DNA of 64,000 nucleotides from Azolla caroliniana (Eukaryota; Plantae; Polypodiophyta), in assembly GCA_043228905.1 (NCBI GenBank), contig JBHGNT010000004.1:8370001-8434000 (forward strand), given 5' to 3'. A program made the position numbers and the translations under genes. Shown here piece after piece: positions 10,662 to 24,568 of the stretch. The notes under the pieces were generated by a model that worked only from the letters and a program-made list of their open reading frames with translations, was not told where the DNA came from and searched no databases. Every line of letters starts with the position of its first letter. The first letter of the stretch is position 1.

Positions 10662-12639
10662 GGCAGCTCTAAGCATATTATATTGATTCTCTGCTCTGGA
10701 GTTATGAATTCTTCATTAAAGTGTAGCTGAATAAATTCTTGTCCTTCCGATCCTTTTTCATGTCAAATGCAAGGTGATGTAGGTTTAGCTGTTCGAATCC
10801 AACTGAATTCTGTGTTCTTTGGAGGTCACTTCGTAGGAGTTACCTAGCACTCACCTTTGGCCAGCTTACCTGGAAACAGATGGTCTGAAATGATGCCACG
10901 CCTATTGTCTCTCTTCATATATGCTCAGTTCTCTGAACTTTTCTGAATGGAAATACACAAGCTTTCTGGTCTAAAGTCTTTTCCGCTTCTTCTCTGATCC
11001 ATGTTTTCAGAGTAATTTGGTAGTCCTTCAAAAATCTAATACAGGACATTGTAAGATTTGAGAATTTGATTGCTGCTCCGGATCTTTGGATTCACATCTG
11101 ATGGTATCATCAATTCAATCTTAATTCTACACTGAGAAACTCTACTGATGCTACAAAACGCTATCACCTCTGATGACCTGATGCCATTCACCTCCCATTT
11201 TTGACAAATTTGCTCCCATAATATTTGACATCTTGTCGTGTTTCTGATTAATGGAATGGCAACTAATCAAGGTGCTTGATGCTACTACACGAGTATCCAC
11301 TGGGTTGTTGGTTGCCCAATTGTCTTGCCTATCTGCATTAACCGTTTTAGGTTGCTTCATGGATTAAATATTAGCTTTGTGTAGTACATGGACTTTGAGT
11401 TTATTATTCTTTTTGACAATTATAATTATTAGCAAGAGCCTCCATGAATCTTATCTTGGAAGAATTCCTTTCATGTTCCAATTTGCCATTGAAATTGTAT
11501 TGTGGCTCTCACAAAATCATTGACTTGTTTAGGCGTTGGTCTCTTTGTGAATATAATAGTGGAAGTACATGTAACAATAGTATGTGGAGATGTTTAGGTG
11601 TCCATAGTGACTAAAGACAAGCCAAATGAGCTCCCCAATAATCTATTATTATGTCACTATAAGCAGTACAATACTTCGTATCTATTAGTGTCTCGATGAG
11701 CAATACAATACTTGTATTCAATAGGAAGATTGTGAACCCAACATAGAATATTTCAAGGGAACATTCAATGCTTTTTGGGTTCAGCAGGAAGATAGAGAAG
11801 GCAATATAGAATATTTCAAAAGAATATTGTTTGAATTTCTTGATATTCATAATAATGCCAGGATGAGCATTGTGATACTTCTTGGGACCAATAAGCACGA
11901 TAGAGAATCAAATATCAATATTCTTCTTTGCATTTTCAGAATGTGTTTTAAGTTCGTAAGGTTTGGTGGATTTTTTTTTCCCCAAAAAAATAATAATTCT
12001 TCATTAGTAGAACTTTTGCATACATGTCAAAATGTTTAGGCAGAAAACATTACAAACCACAAAGAAGAAGAGTGAAAGGCCATCCTACATGTAATGAACA
12101 TCTAGCAAAACCCCTTTTTGAGGATGATTCATCTTGACCTTCTTCCATTGAACAATCAACACATGTTGGTGCATTCGAATTAGTTGAAGAATTCTCTACA
12201 TTGTGGAAGGAATGGATTATCCTCAGAATGTTACCTAATTTTACCCTCAAAAGGATAAGCTTGACTTGAATTCTCCACCCAAGAATCCCTTCAACATGCT
12301 TGGCAAATTTTTGTACTTCAACACCTACTTCGGCTACGGCATTTGTAGACACCAAACTTTCCGTGATGCCCATGCAACTGTTTTCTTCAACATGTGTGTA
12401 CTTGAATGTCCACATGAGGTTCCCCCAATTCTTTTTTGTTTTCTTCAGTTTTTTGCCTCATTTAACATCTTTGATTGACCATCGTTTCTAGTCTGTGGCT
12501 TATACTTTACTCACATTGTGTTGAAGTTTTGAATTGTAAAATTTGGAATATATCAAAGAATAGGACTTTGGAAGTGTTAATTCAATACCATTCTCCTCAG
12601 TAACATGACACCTCTCGCCTAATACAACAATCACTTGCA

Positions 12640-13580
12640 AAAGAAAATGATTCTATTGTCCTCTTCACCTCATGAAAGTATGCTTCAGTCCCCAACAACT
12701 TCATCACTCATCCTTATCAAACAAAGAGAATATGCTTCCTTTTCCCCAACCAACATGTCGCCGATTACCACCAACGTGCACATCAACCATCTCGCCGTAG
12801 ACTAGCAAAGTCTTGTACATACCAAAAAACATAATGACACTACACTCTTGATCCCCTCATGAAATTTTGCTTCTTCCCCCGACATCATTGTCACTCATCC
12901 TTTACCAAAATAGACAATGTTCTTCGTTTTCCACATTAACCGTCTGTTCGTTTACCACCAAAGTCCTGTACAAACAAAAATAGTGTGAATGTGCTATCCT
13001 CATCCCCTCATAAAAAAACTGTTTTAGCCCCTAACACCACAATGATTCACTCATCCTTAGAAAATAGAAAATTTGCTTCAATGACCACATCAACCATCTC
13101 GTTGTATACCACCAAGGACTTGTACCTACAAAAACATAATGAGACTACTCTCCTAATCCCCTCCTGAAATTATGCTTCATCCCTCCACACCATTCTCATT
13201 CATCCTTTACAAAAATAAAAAATGTGCTTTGTTTTCCACATCAACCGTATGTTCGTTTACCACAAAAGTTCTATACAAACAAAATTAGAGTGAATGTGTT
13301 GTCCTCATCCCCTCATAAAAATCTGCTTTAGCCCCAAACAACACCAACACTCATCCTTACAAAATAGAAATGCTTCAGTGACCACATCAACCATCTTGCT
13401 GTATACCAACAAAGTCCTATACCTACAAAAAACAGATTGAGACTACTCTCCTAATCCCCTCATGAAATTATGCTTCATCCCCCCTGTACAATTGAAAGTT
13501 GCTTGATTTCCACATCAACTGCCCTCTCGATGTTTACCAACGAAATCCATTGGAATCGTCAACCATCTCGCCGAATCCAC
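12640..13580. repeat. Degenerate tandem array, ~150-bp monomer, ~6 copies
   Basis: The CCCCTCATGAAA-like anchor recurs at about 12668, 12855, 13005, 13158, 13309 and 13456. CACTCATCCTT and CCACATCAACC recur in each unit. Confidence 0.8.
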
Positions 13581-13599
13581 CAATATTGAATAATTAATG

Positions 13600-16500
13600 T
13601 GGACCTCCTATTAAGTCATGTTGTATGTAGTATGAACGATACTGGTGGCGAAAAGAACCACGAGGTGGAACATAGTTCCACTTAACATCATCACTTGCAT
13701 CCAACATAATAGGAAAAGCTGACGTGACTCTTCAAATTCTCCTTCTTTTCCAGTTAGCTACATTTCCATAACCGTTGTAACTATCATATTCACCTTTAAC
13801 CGTATTTACCAATAATTCCCAAAAAGACTTAACTTGATCCACAACATTAGTTTGTTCGGCATTATATATTTTGGAACACCTCGCTTTCCAAATAATCCAT
13901 AAGGCCAAAATGGAGATAATTTTCCAAACATAACACTGGGAGAAGAACTTGACTCCATACAAGGAGCTTGAAGTAGTGTGCACCTGAAAACTTTTGACAT
14001 GTAAAGTCAACAATGAATTATGATGATGATAAAAAACCATTTGTTGAGCCAACGTTCCCCAAAAGACTGTACCCCACGTGAAGATAGCTGACCTATACTT
14101 ACGACCTAAAAGCCTAAGAATACGAAACCAGAAACATTTGGCTGCAACACATTCCCAAAAAACATTATGCAATGTCTCAGATGCAAACCCACATATAACA
14201 CATGATCGATCATGTGCTGTTCCCCTCAGTAAAGCTCCTATTGGCAATGCATAATGAATCATCAACCATAAAAAATGCAATACCTTGTTTTTACATTTAA
14301 GTGACCAAAACTGTTTCTAGAACTTCAACATATGAGAAGATGACACATTACCTTCCTCCCAATATTTTTTCCCCGAAGGTACCGACTCTATCTGATTCAA
14401 CAAAAAGTTTCTACCCAATGCCACAGAATATGTGAAGAATGGAAGAACTGTCGTTTGCGAAGTGTCAAACGTTGACAACTTCCAACGATAATAAGATGGA
14501 TTCCACTACAGATCAACAATTGGTGTAAAGTGTAAACCCGACATATGAGATGAGTAATTAGCAATTAATGGATTAGGACCTGTAAATATATTTTTATCTA
14601 ATCTAGTAATTACTCACACTGGCAGCTGCTTGGCAGAAGACATAATTGAAGATTGCTCCTCCACTAATAACAACCTACCATTATCCAGAACTTCATAAAA
14701 ATAGAGGCTGCCATTTTTATGATATAAATGAGCTCCTATAAGTATATTAAATGTCGAAAGCATACCATACCAACTTTGAAAATGATCAAATTGCAAAGTT
14801 GGCATTGTTACCTGATACACCGTTGACACTTGACAGAGCATAATATTTGCCCCTCTAAATTAGACACCTTATTCTTTTGGTCTTGCATTGAAGTCTGCAG
14901 AAAATTTACCCAATTCGCAACGGTATGGGTTGGGCCACTATCCTTTGCAACCCAAGATAACCAAAACACATGCAACTTTATCAGTAAATAAAGGATTCCA
15001 TAACAACGGTTGATGCATGAATTGATGATATGTTTTTGGTGGCAAGAAAACAAGTGCTTGACAAATACTTTCCCATGCCCATAGAATTCCATTAAAAAAC
15101 GTAAAGACCCAACAATCGACTTAGGCAACGGAAAATCTAAGTTAAAGAACCATCTAAGACTATCACGCCATTGACCACCTACTGATGGCTTAAATTTATA
15201 TACATGACAAATCCATAACTCCTCTGATGATAATAAACTCCTAACAACATGTTTACCAAGTAATGCTTTACTTTGCATAAAGGGATCTCCCTAAACCTTT
15301 CTGTTTAGGATGTATAAGAGTTGACCAAGGTACCTTTGCTATAGTATTGTCTACAATAGCATTCCCCCAAATAAAATTCCGCACTAGTTGTTGAACTTTA
15401 AGCATTACTGACCTAGAAAACAACCATGTAGACGCTTATACCAATGGAGGACAAAAGCACGAAATTAACAACAACTACACGTCCTGCTAGGGATAACTTT
15501 TCCTTATTCCAGTATATTATCTTATTCCTTAATTTTAAGAACAAGCGCAAAATCATATATTCTACATTTAATCCTAACCCCACTCTACATCCTAAAGACC
15601 TAATGGAATGCCCTTTAGGGATCCACGTGAATCCTGTGCTAAGTACATTAAATGGTTGATCTCCCGAAGCCACCAAAAAACCTGATGATTTATCCGAATT
15701 AATCAGTGCACCCGATGCATCTAAGAAGTCATCCACAACTTTTTGAACCTGCAACAAGTTAAATTGTGAGTTGTGAACATAAATAGTTGTACCATCGGCA
15801 AACTCACTCTCAATGCCAACATTTGCAAATGGTAATGCCAAACCTTTGATATTAACATGCTGAGAATTTAAATGTACCGAAAACGCTTTAGATACTAGTA
15901 AAAACAAAAAAGAAGCAAGTGGACATCCTTGTCTTACTGATCTTGAAATAGAGGATCTCCTACCAACATCCCTTGCAAATAAAAGAGAACTATGTGCATT
16001 ACGATATAATGCTGAAACACATTGTATCCATATGTTTGGAAAACCCATCCTGAGCAAAGTGCCCTCCATAAAATCCCAATCCACTATGTCATAAGCTTTT
16101 TCAAAATCTAGAAATAACACTGCCAAATCTTACTTCTAAACTTAAGCAAATGCTACCATTTCCCAAAAAAGAATAATATTATCAAAAATACTTCGCTCTT
16201 GTATAAAACCCGTTTGAGAATCATGAATTAGTTCAGAAAGATAAGGTTGTAAACGTCTAGCTATCGTTTTTGCTAATATCTTATAAATAACATTCAACAA
16301 AGTAATTGACCTCTAATGACGAAGCTCCTCTAATTGACCACTTGATTTGGGAATCATGTAGATTAAACCGTCATTCCATTCTTGTGGCATATTTCCAGAA
16401 TCTAAAATCTGTTGATAAGCTTTGGTTAGTCCCTCACCTATCAAATCCCAATATTGTATATACCACTGAACCCCCAACCCATCCAATCTAGGACAAATGT

Positions 16501-18678
16501 CCTTTGCTAGGGCCTTTGCTGCTTCAAGGATCTCTTGAGGACTTAGTGGTTGCAAAAGGCATTTTGAAAGTTTAACATGCACTCTATGTTGAATCCTTGA
16601 CCATATAATATCTGATTTAAACAAATCATCACCAGAAAAGGATAAAGCCTTCAACATATTATCATAATATTCTGAGGCTATTTGACGCATCTGACTAAGA
16701 TCATTGGTATAAGAGCCATCACATTTTAAACGGGAGATCCTAGCAATCGACTTATGGTGATTATGCATTGCAAAGAACACTTTATTTACTTGATCTCTCG
16801 ACTTTGCCCATTTAGAAGATATATTGTGGTAAACCTTTTCTAATCCCAATATCTGATTTCCTACTTGTATCAAGCTAGAACTTATATAAGTCGAATAGGG
16901 CCTTCTCTCTTGCAAATGCTGCAAGGAGCTCAACACCCTACGAAGTCTTCCTATTTTAGTGAAAGACGCATGAAATACTTGTTTGGCCTGGAAGAATTGT
17001 TGTATTTCAGTAATAGCCTTCTGAACATTGGATAATGCATAGTCATAAGAATAGTCGTACTTATTCCAAATATTATACATAACAGGAACACAATCTTGTC
17101 TAAAAAACACATGATTCAGAGTTCTAAATCTAGAAGTTTTACAGTGCTCCTGCAAGACTATAACTAAATGAAGTGGTGCATGATCAGAAAAGGAAAATGA
17201 AGGTAAAATTCCAATGGCGCCTCCTTTGTTCCATAGAAACTTATCAATATAGAATATATCTAACCTAGACAAATTGGTATGTAACTCTCTTCTATCTAAT
17301 GTGGAGTACGCTAAAGAATCCTGCAGCCTTACAAAAGAAGACACATGCCACAAATCCATTAACCCCAAAGAAACGATCTGTCGTTCCTATTCATATAATT
17401 CTGAACCAGCTACTGTACCTAACCTTCCTCCTACCCTATCACACACATCCTCCAACATACTAAAATCACCTGCAATCGCCTAATGGTCCACAATAGGTAA
17501 CTGTGAAAGTATGCTCTTCCATAATACCGTTCTATCTCTTGCCTTATTTGGTGCATAAATATTCAATAAACCCCACTTCTTCAAACCTATTTGAAAAATT
17601 GCAAATTGACCTCGACCACATTACAAGACTCCATAATGTAAGAAGGAGAACAACGAGGTATCATTTATTGCTATGCAAAGGCCCGCGTTCAGACTATTAT
17701 CACCATTTGCAGGCACCCAGAACTGCCTCCATTGGTCTGGCAACAAGTTTCCATACTTTTGAATCCTTTGTTCATTTAAATGGTGCTCTTGAATCAAAAG
17801 AACATCAATCCTACCTACCAAGGACTTCCTCAAGTGACGACAGAAAACACTCCTTACTTTACAACAAAATTGGCCTCCTAGACCTCGTACATTCCATGAT
17901 ATAATATTTAACCTATCCATCATTCATTTTTTTTCCTCCTATTCTTCTTTCGGCAAGTGCACCATTTCTACACTTTCTTCCATCCTCTGAGGCCCGTAAT
18001 TGTCTCTTATTAGACCAAAGGTCTTTCCCTATCAACTTATCTGATTGCACTGGCATGTGCTAATATATTGTAGGAACCCTATCAGAAGATCTATTCGCGG
18101 AAGTGAAAGCAACTATAGCCTCACAATCCATGCCAACATGTGAAAGGTCTACCTTGCCCACTTCAGTTTGTTGAATGTAAGTCAGGAGTAGGGGCACATC
18201 AAATTGTTGTACATGATCAAAAACTTGTTGTGCACCCTTATTAAGTCAAGATTATTAACTTTATTAACGGATTCCAAAGGTCGTACATGTGAAAGGATGT
18301 CCTTGGAATTATGTGCCACACGATGTTCCTTTGTAAAGAGTCATGGGGAAAGTCCGGTATCCATTTTAATATTACTCCATCCTTTTCCACTTCCTACAAA
18401 GAGTGACAAGGGTTAGCTTCAAGTAATAAGTCTGGATTAATCCCCGTATTAGTCAGTTTAAAAACATGTTTTGCTGAAACTGTAGACCAACCATCATTAT
18501 TAACAATTGTTCAATTAGGTATATGGGCTTGTACATTCAGACGTCACTTCTAACAATCTCGACCTAAATGACCAAACTGACGGCACACAAAGCATTGATC
18601 AAGCATACCTTGATAATACACCTTTTGCAACACCGGAGTTTTATTAATAAGTAAATTAGGTAAAGATATAGTTGTAGG
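13600..18678 (-). mobile_element. L1-clade LINE 'A' (decayed), 3' portion: ORF1 C-terminus, APE endonuclease, RT, C-terminal zinc finger
   Basis: CFVCRQFGHLGRDC at about 18550-18595. EN motifs ISWNVRGL, IQEHH, SDH. RT motifs LDFEKAYD, VRQGCPL, EFADG. C-terminal CVICGFASETLHNVFWEC. Many stops and frameshifts. Confidence 0.9.
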
Positions 18679-18856
18679 ACAAGATTTCGCAGGGATGGAG
18701 CAGAACAGCCACTAGCGAGCGGCCGAGACTCCCTCCTGCGATCATTCCTTGTGGTTCTAGACGATGTTGCGAGTTAACGTCACAGGAAGCATTGGAGTGT
18801 TTGTCGGTTGCACAGAGCGCATCGATTGAGTTTCCCTACCCCTACAGGGAATCACT

Positions 18857-20355
18857 TTGAGTAGATGGTGTGAGGTAGGGAAGATGCGGAAAGTGAATGA
18901 TGGTGTTCCTACAAAAGGAAAGGCTTCCTCCCATCGTCCTCGTTGGCCATCGCTTCCCTTGCGACAACAAACCTCTTGTCGGATTGCGCGCTTGCGATCG
19001 GGACAGCCAGGGAAGGCACTAGACAGGTCTGCAACATTGGAGGCTAGAACATTAGGAAGGCGCCACATGCTCATGCCACATTCCCCAATCAACGAGTGCA
19101 ACGACAATCTTTTGGAGATGGATATGCTCAACCTTCCTCCAACGGACATAGTCGGAACAAGTATGGATTTGTACTCCCCAGCTGAAATATTAGGTATAGG
19201 TATGCATCCAGACCCGCAGAATGAGGAGCATATAGGTGGGGGGCTGACCATGGCACATTCCGAAATGAACACCAAGGAAGGCTTGGGCAATGTCTTGATA
19301 GTAAAGGAGAATAATGACATTGGCCAGGTTCAAGAGAAGCAGGTGGAGGAGGGGATTGATGAAAGAAAAGGGATCAACCTTTATCTTTCTTCGGCAGAGA
19401 ATCGAAGATTGATGGAAGAAGTGGGCCAATTAAAGTGTTCATCGTTCATATGTCGGTTGTTAGGAGGACGACCAAGAAAAGGGATGCTAAGGTACATTTT
19501 GCAGGCAGCCCTTTTGGATAAAAGGCCGCCTATCCAGAACATTTTGAGAATGGGCCTCAACTATTACCATGTGATCTTAGAAGAAGGCCATAATGTGCAA
19601 GAGATCCTGGACCTCAAATGGATTACACTCAAATATGGCAAAGCCATGATTTTGAAATGGAATCCGGACTTCGATGCAAAGGAAGAGAATAAAAAAGAGG
19701 GCACACCGATGGTCATTACAGTATGCTTCCCAGACCTACCCTTCCAACTCAACCATTTGATCCCAAAGCTCGCACACAATATAGGGGTGGTATGTTCAAT
19801 GAAACCTTCATTTGCAGATAAGGTAGCTGAAATGCCCAAGATGAAGGTGCTGGTTAGTGACATTAAAAAACTACCATCAGAGATTAGAGTCCACACGGAG
19901 GACTTTGGCCTAAGGGTGGTGAAGGTTGGTTATGAAGGCCTATCGGGTCAATGCTTTGCATGTAAGGAGATGGGCCATATGGCCAAACACTGCCCCCTGT
20001 ATGGGAATGCAAGAGCGCCGAATATCCCAAATTCAGGGACAGCAGGCCACATGGTCTTGGTTCACAAAGGGAAGCAAGTAGTAAAGGAAAAAGGATGGAT
20101 ATCACCGAGGAAAGTGGCCAAGCCTGGCCTCCATGGTCTTACCGGCCCACCTACAAGTGGAGGTTCCATATCGAATAGATTTGACATACTATCACAAATG
20201 AAACCCCAGGAAGGCGAAATAATTTTAGCAACTCCATTTGATTTACTGCCACGAGTCGAGACCCCCGAAACACTCGTAGAGCCCTCTGAGGGTTGTGGTA
20301 GTAGACTTTCATCAGACCTGAGAATGGTTAAGGCCTGCATCAGGAAAGGGAAGGA
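18857..20355 (+). pseudogene. LINE B ORF1 (plant L1 ORF1-type with CCHC knuckle), interrupted by a copia
   Basis: Open frame with CFACKEMGHMAKHC and SNRFDIL. The last 15 aa of the called ORF are LTR sequence. The remainder of ORF1 lies at about 22858-23427. Confidence 0.8.
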
Positions 20356-22857
20356 GTGCAGGCCCGGTGAGGAGTGCTCACCGGATGAAGAGACATATTT
20401 GTAAATATGTTTCAAAGAGTCCATCATGGCTATATTTGTAAATAGCCGAAAAGTCATATTAGTATAAATATGACTTAGGGCAAACTTTTAAGTGTGTGGT
20501 TGTCATTCTTGTTGGCACAAGATTAGAGCGCGCAACTGTGTACAGAGAGAGAGAGAGAGAGAGAGAGGAAGAGGTCGTTGCCTCTGATTGTAACCACCGC
20601 CTGTGGCGAAGATAGCAAGCTCGAGGTCGTGGCCTCGGTGCTTTCTTATTGTACATTCTGACATAGTGATAGTTTGCAGTCTGTGGGCTGCCGTGGTTTT
20701 TCCGGAGTTTGGGTTTTCCACGTAAACATCCTATGTACTCTTCTCTCTATCATGTTGTGTTTCATTCCCTGTTTTCTGTGTTTTTTATTCTAGGCTTGGT
20801 TGTGGCCGAGTGTTGTTCAAAGGGAGCGTGTAGTTCCTGTCAAAGTGGTATCAGAGCAAAACGACACAGAAAATGGACGATTCGTTGGGAGGCATGTTCA
20901 AGCTCACTGGCTCCAACTATTCAGTGTGGAAGTCGGAGATGAGGGACATGCTCGTGGTTAAAGACCTCTGGCTGCCGGTTCAGTTTGGGGACAAGAGACT
21001 GGACAAAATCGACGCCACGATATGGGAGGTGATGCACATGAAGACAACGGCGTACATACGGTGCTTCATCGACATGAGCCTATACAACAACTTCAATGAA
21101 GAGAGCAAGGCTCATGAGCTCTGGGAGAAGATCGACATTATGTTTCAAAACAAAAATGCTGTTAATCAGGTTTCGGTATTCCGGAAGCTAGTAAGACTCT
21201 GGTACCAAGATGGCTCCAGCATGGCGGAGCACATGAATGCCTTCCAGAGGTTGATACACCAGGAAACATCATTGGAAGTACCTCTTGCCTATTATCCGGA
21301 ATTGCTCAGTGAAGCAATTGTGGCTGTCACAGGAGAAGTACGTGACAAAGGTGCTTCACCGGTTCAACATGTTAGGTGCGAAACCGATCGGATCGATACT
21401 TCCGGCAAACTGCAGGTTATCTGGTAAGCAAAGCCCGAAGACGAAAGCAGAGAAGGCGGATATGATGAAGGTTCCATATGCCTATGCTGTCGGGAGCTTA
21501 ATGTACACAATGGTGTGTACCCGACCGGATATAGGATACGCAGTCGGAGTGGTGAGCTGGTTTATGAGCAATCTCGGCAAGGAGCACTGGAACGCAGTCA
21601 AATGGATACTCCGGTATTTGAAGGGCACTTCGAACATGTGTCTCCGATTTGGCTCCGGAAAACCTCAACTTGACGGTTTTACCGATTCGGACATGTCGGC
21701 TGATGTGGATACCAGCCGGTCTACATCCGGGTATGTAATGACATATGCAGGGGGAGTTGTTTCATGGCAGTCGAGGCTCCAGAAGACGGTTGCGTTGTCA
21801 ACCACGGAGGCGGAGTACATGGCGTTTGTGAAATATTTAGATGAAGGACTTCATCGGAGAGCTCAGTATCCGGCAAGAGGAATACCGGCTCTATTGCGAC
21901 AGTCAAAGTGCCATCCACCTTGCCAAGAATGCGGCCTACCATTCCCGGACGAAGCATATCCAGCGAAGGTATCACTGGATCCAGGAAAGAGTAGATGACC
22001 AGGAGTTCACGCTCACGAAGATCCACACGGCGGAGAACGGGTCAGATATGCTGACCAAAGTACTGATACCTGACAAGCTGAATGCATGCTGGAAGCGAGT
22101 CGGACTAGTAAGACATCCCATGCCGGAGTGAAGGGGGAGTTTGTTAGGAAACAGGTTCCTCCGGACGGGAAGTGAGAACCGGATGACGAGTACCCGACTA
22201 CGCAGAGCCGGATGGTGCAGACCCGGTGAGAACCAGATGACGAGTACCCGGCTACGGAGAGGCGGATGGTGCAGACCCGGTGAGAACCGGATGACGAGTA
22301 CTCGGCTACAGAGAGCTGGATGGTGCAGACCCAGTGAGAACCGGATGACGAGTACCCGGCTACAGAGAGCCGGATGGTGCAGGCCCGGTGAGGAGTGCTC
22401 ACCGGATGAAGAGACATATTCGTAAATATGTTTTTGAGAGGCCATCGTGGCTATATTTGTAATTAGCCGAAAAGTCATATTAGTATAAATATGACTTAGG
22501 GAAAACTTTTAAGTGTGTGGTTGTCATTCTTGTTGGTGCAAGATTAGAGCGCGCAACTGTGTACAGAGAGAGAGAGAGAGAGGAAGAGGTCGTTGCATCT
22601 GATTGTAACCGCTGCCTGTGGCGAAGATAGCAAGCTCGAGGTCGTGGCCTCGGTGCTTTCTTATTGTACATTCTGACATAGTGATAGTTTGCAGTCTGTG
22701 GGCTATCGTGGTTTTTCCCGAGTTTGGGTTTTCCACGTAAACATCCTGTGTACTCTTCTCTCTATCGTGTTGTGTTTAATTCCCTATTTTCTGTGTTTTT
22801 TATTCTAGGCTCGGTTGTGGCTGAGTGTTGTTCAAAGGGAGCGTGTAGTTCCTGTCA
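20356..22857 (+). mobile_element. Internally deleted non-autonomous Tork-like copia
   Basis: 5' LTR truncated (20356-20842), PBS-Met TGGTATCAGAGC 20846-20857. Gag N-terminus is fused at about 21290 to RT C-terminus/RNase H. PPT 22131-22139, 3' LTR 22142-22857 with 54-bp repeats. Confidence 0.92.
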
Positions 22858-23423
22858 AAGATTGAGGTTGGAAATCCCTCGACTGTTGGACCTGTTGAGT
22901 TTGTTATGGTGCATGCATATAGGATGCAATATATGCAGGTACCCAAGATCATGGTGAACATTGGTAATCCAAGGGGAAAAGTGCACGGGTGGACTAGAGC
23001 ACAGATGGTCCTCTTCAATAGCAACTTAGGTAGACCGGAGATTGGTTGTTCTTTTGACTTGGAGCCTGGTTTGAAAGATGAAAGGGGAGAAGACTTGTCC
23101 TTGAAGTCGTTTTGCAACAGGGCAGCAATATGTTTCCAATATCTTACATTTGAAAATGAGGTTGTGGGGCTGCAAATGTTATGGAAGAGCTCCCCGATAC
23201 AAGGGGAGCTTATGGAACTTGCTCAAGATGTTCTAGTGGTTTGTATATGGAAGGTACAGGATCTAGGGCTGAAGCTTGGTTTGTTCCACTTCCATTGTGC
23301 TAAAGTACCCAAGAATCAAGAATGGAAAATAAGTATGGAGTGGGAATTTATATGGCATATGATAGAGACATATTTGTTGAGCATGGGAGATTCCCCTTTG
23401 GCTTTTTTTGTGAACCCAAGTCA

Positions 23424-24219
23424 ATGAGAATTTGTTCTTGGAATGTGCAAGGACTTGGTGGGTCTCATCATCAGCTAGAGAAGCGTCGGTTTAGGAGAGA
23501 ATCGTAAGCTGATGGCCTTTGTAAAACGATTGATATATTGCTCTTACAAAAGCATCACCTTGGCCGAGAAAGAACGGAACTTTTCAAAGACCCGTTGCCA
23601 GGGGATTGGTATACATGGTGGGCTCCTGCTCATGGCGTGTTAGAAAGGAGAGGTGGAGTGTGTATTTTGGAGAAGAAATCAGCGGATATCACCATCTTGG
23701 ATCATGGCATATTGATCGAAGGTCGGGCCATGTTCTGCTACTTGGAATGGAGGAATGTAAAAGTTGGGGTGCTGAATGTCTATGCACCTAACATTGGCAA
23801 TGAGAGGACCTCATTTTGGAGACTGTTGGCAAAAAAAATTCCCTCCTTCGACAATTGGATAGTGGCGGGGAATTTTAACATGACAGAGAGAATGGAAGAT
23901 TGTCTTGGGGCTCATTTGAACTTGCTACAAGGGAAGGAGCTTAGAGTGTGGGGTTTCTTAATTTCTATGTTGGGAATTCGGGATTCATGGTATTTTAGTA
24001 TGGCAGTTGAGGTGAATTCCTTGAGGTTCTCATGATTTGGCTAGAAGGAGAGTGAAGGATGTCACTCTAGATTGGACCGCATCTATGTGAGCCCCGGGAT
24101 AGAGGAATGGAGTGGCTACTCATCCATTCTAGCTGGTTTTACATATTCGGATCACCTTCTAGTATCCTTGACTCTTGAACCTATTTACAAGAAGAAGAGT
24201 GAGAGAAATTTGAGGATTC
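23424..24219 (+). pseudogene. LINE B ORF2 endonuclease domain (decayed)
   Basis: MRICSWNVQGLGG, VLNVYAPN, AGNFN, LDRIYVS, SDH. The ATG overlaps the upstream stop (ATGA). Confidence 0.85.
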
Positions 24220-24568
24220 TGATGGAAATTAATCGACACTTTCCAAACTTCACCTCTCGGCCACAACCAAGGAAACACACGAATCGTTGTTGCAGAAAAT
24301 GGGAAATGCGAAAAATAGAGTGGACACACGATTTAACGTGGAAAACCCTGTACGGGAAAAAACCATGGGAGTACAAGACGCCAAACCAAAACTATGCACA
24401 GAGAAGTATACAATGGCGAGCTGCAAGGCGACGACCTTGAGCTCGCTGTCCTCGCCACAGGCGGCGGAAATACACAGAGGCGTCGACCTCTTCCTCTCTC
24501 ACGCTCTATCTCTCTCACGGCTGCTCTCTCTTCACTCCTCTTGAGTGGAAAAACAGAAAAATGAGTAG

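Noticed and set aside
11611-12491. Short ORFs (hydrophobic 95-aa ORF with an internal 21-aa repeat; 121-aa ORF)
   Set aside because: No recognisable motif or splice structure. The repeat reflects a 63-bp DNA duplication in AT-rich sequence.
18857-20404. 515-aa ORF as a host zinc-knuckle gene
   Set aside because: It is LINE ORF1 inside a TSD-bounded element, and its C-terminus is LTR sequence.
20722-20793. Intron in LTR U5 (GTAAAC...TTCTAG)
   Set aside because: The acceptor AG is not kept at this position in the young intact subfamily. The U-rich tract is better explained as 3'-processing sequence.
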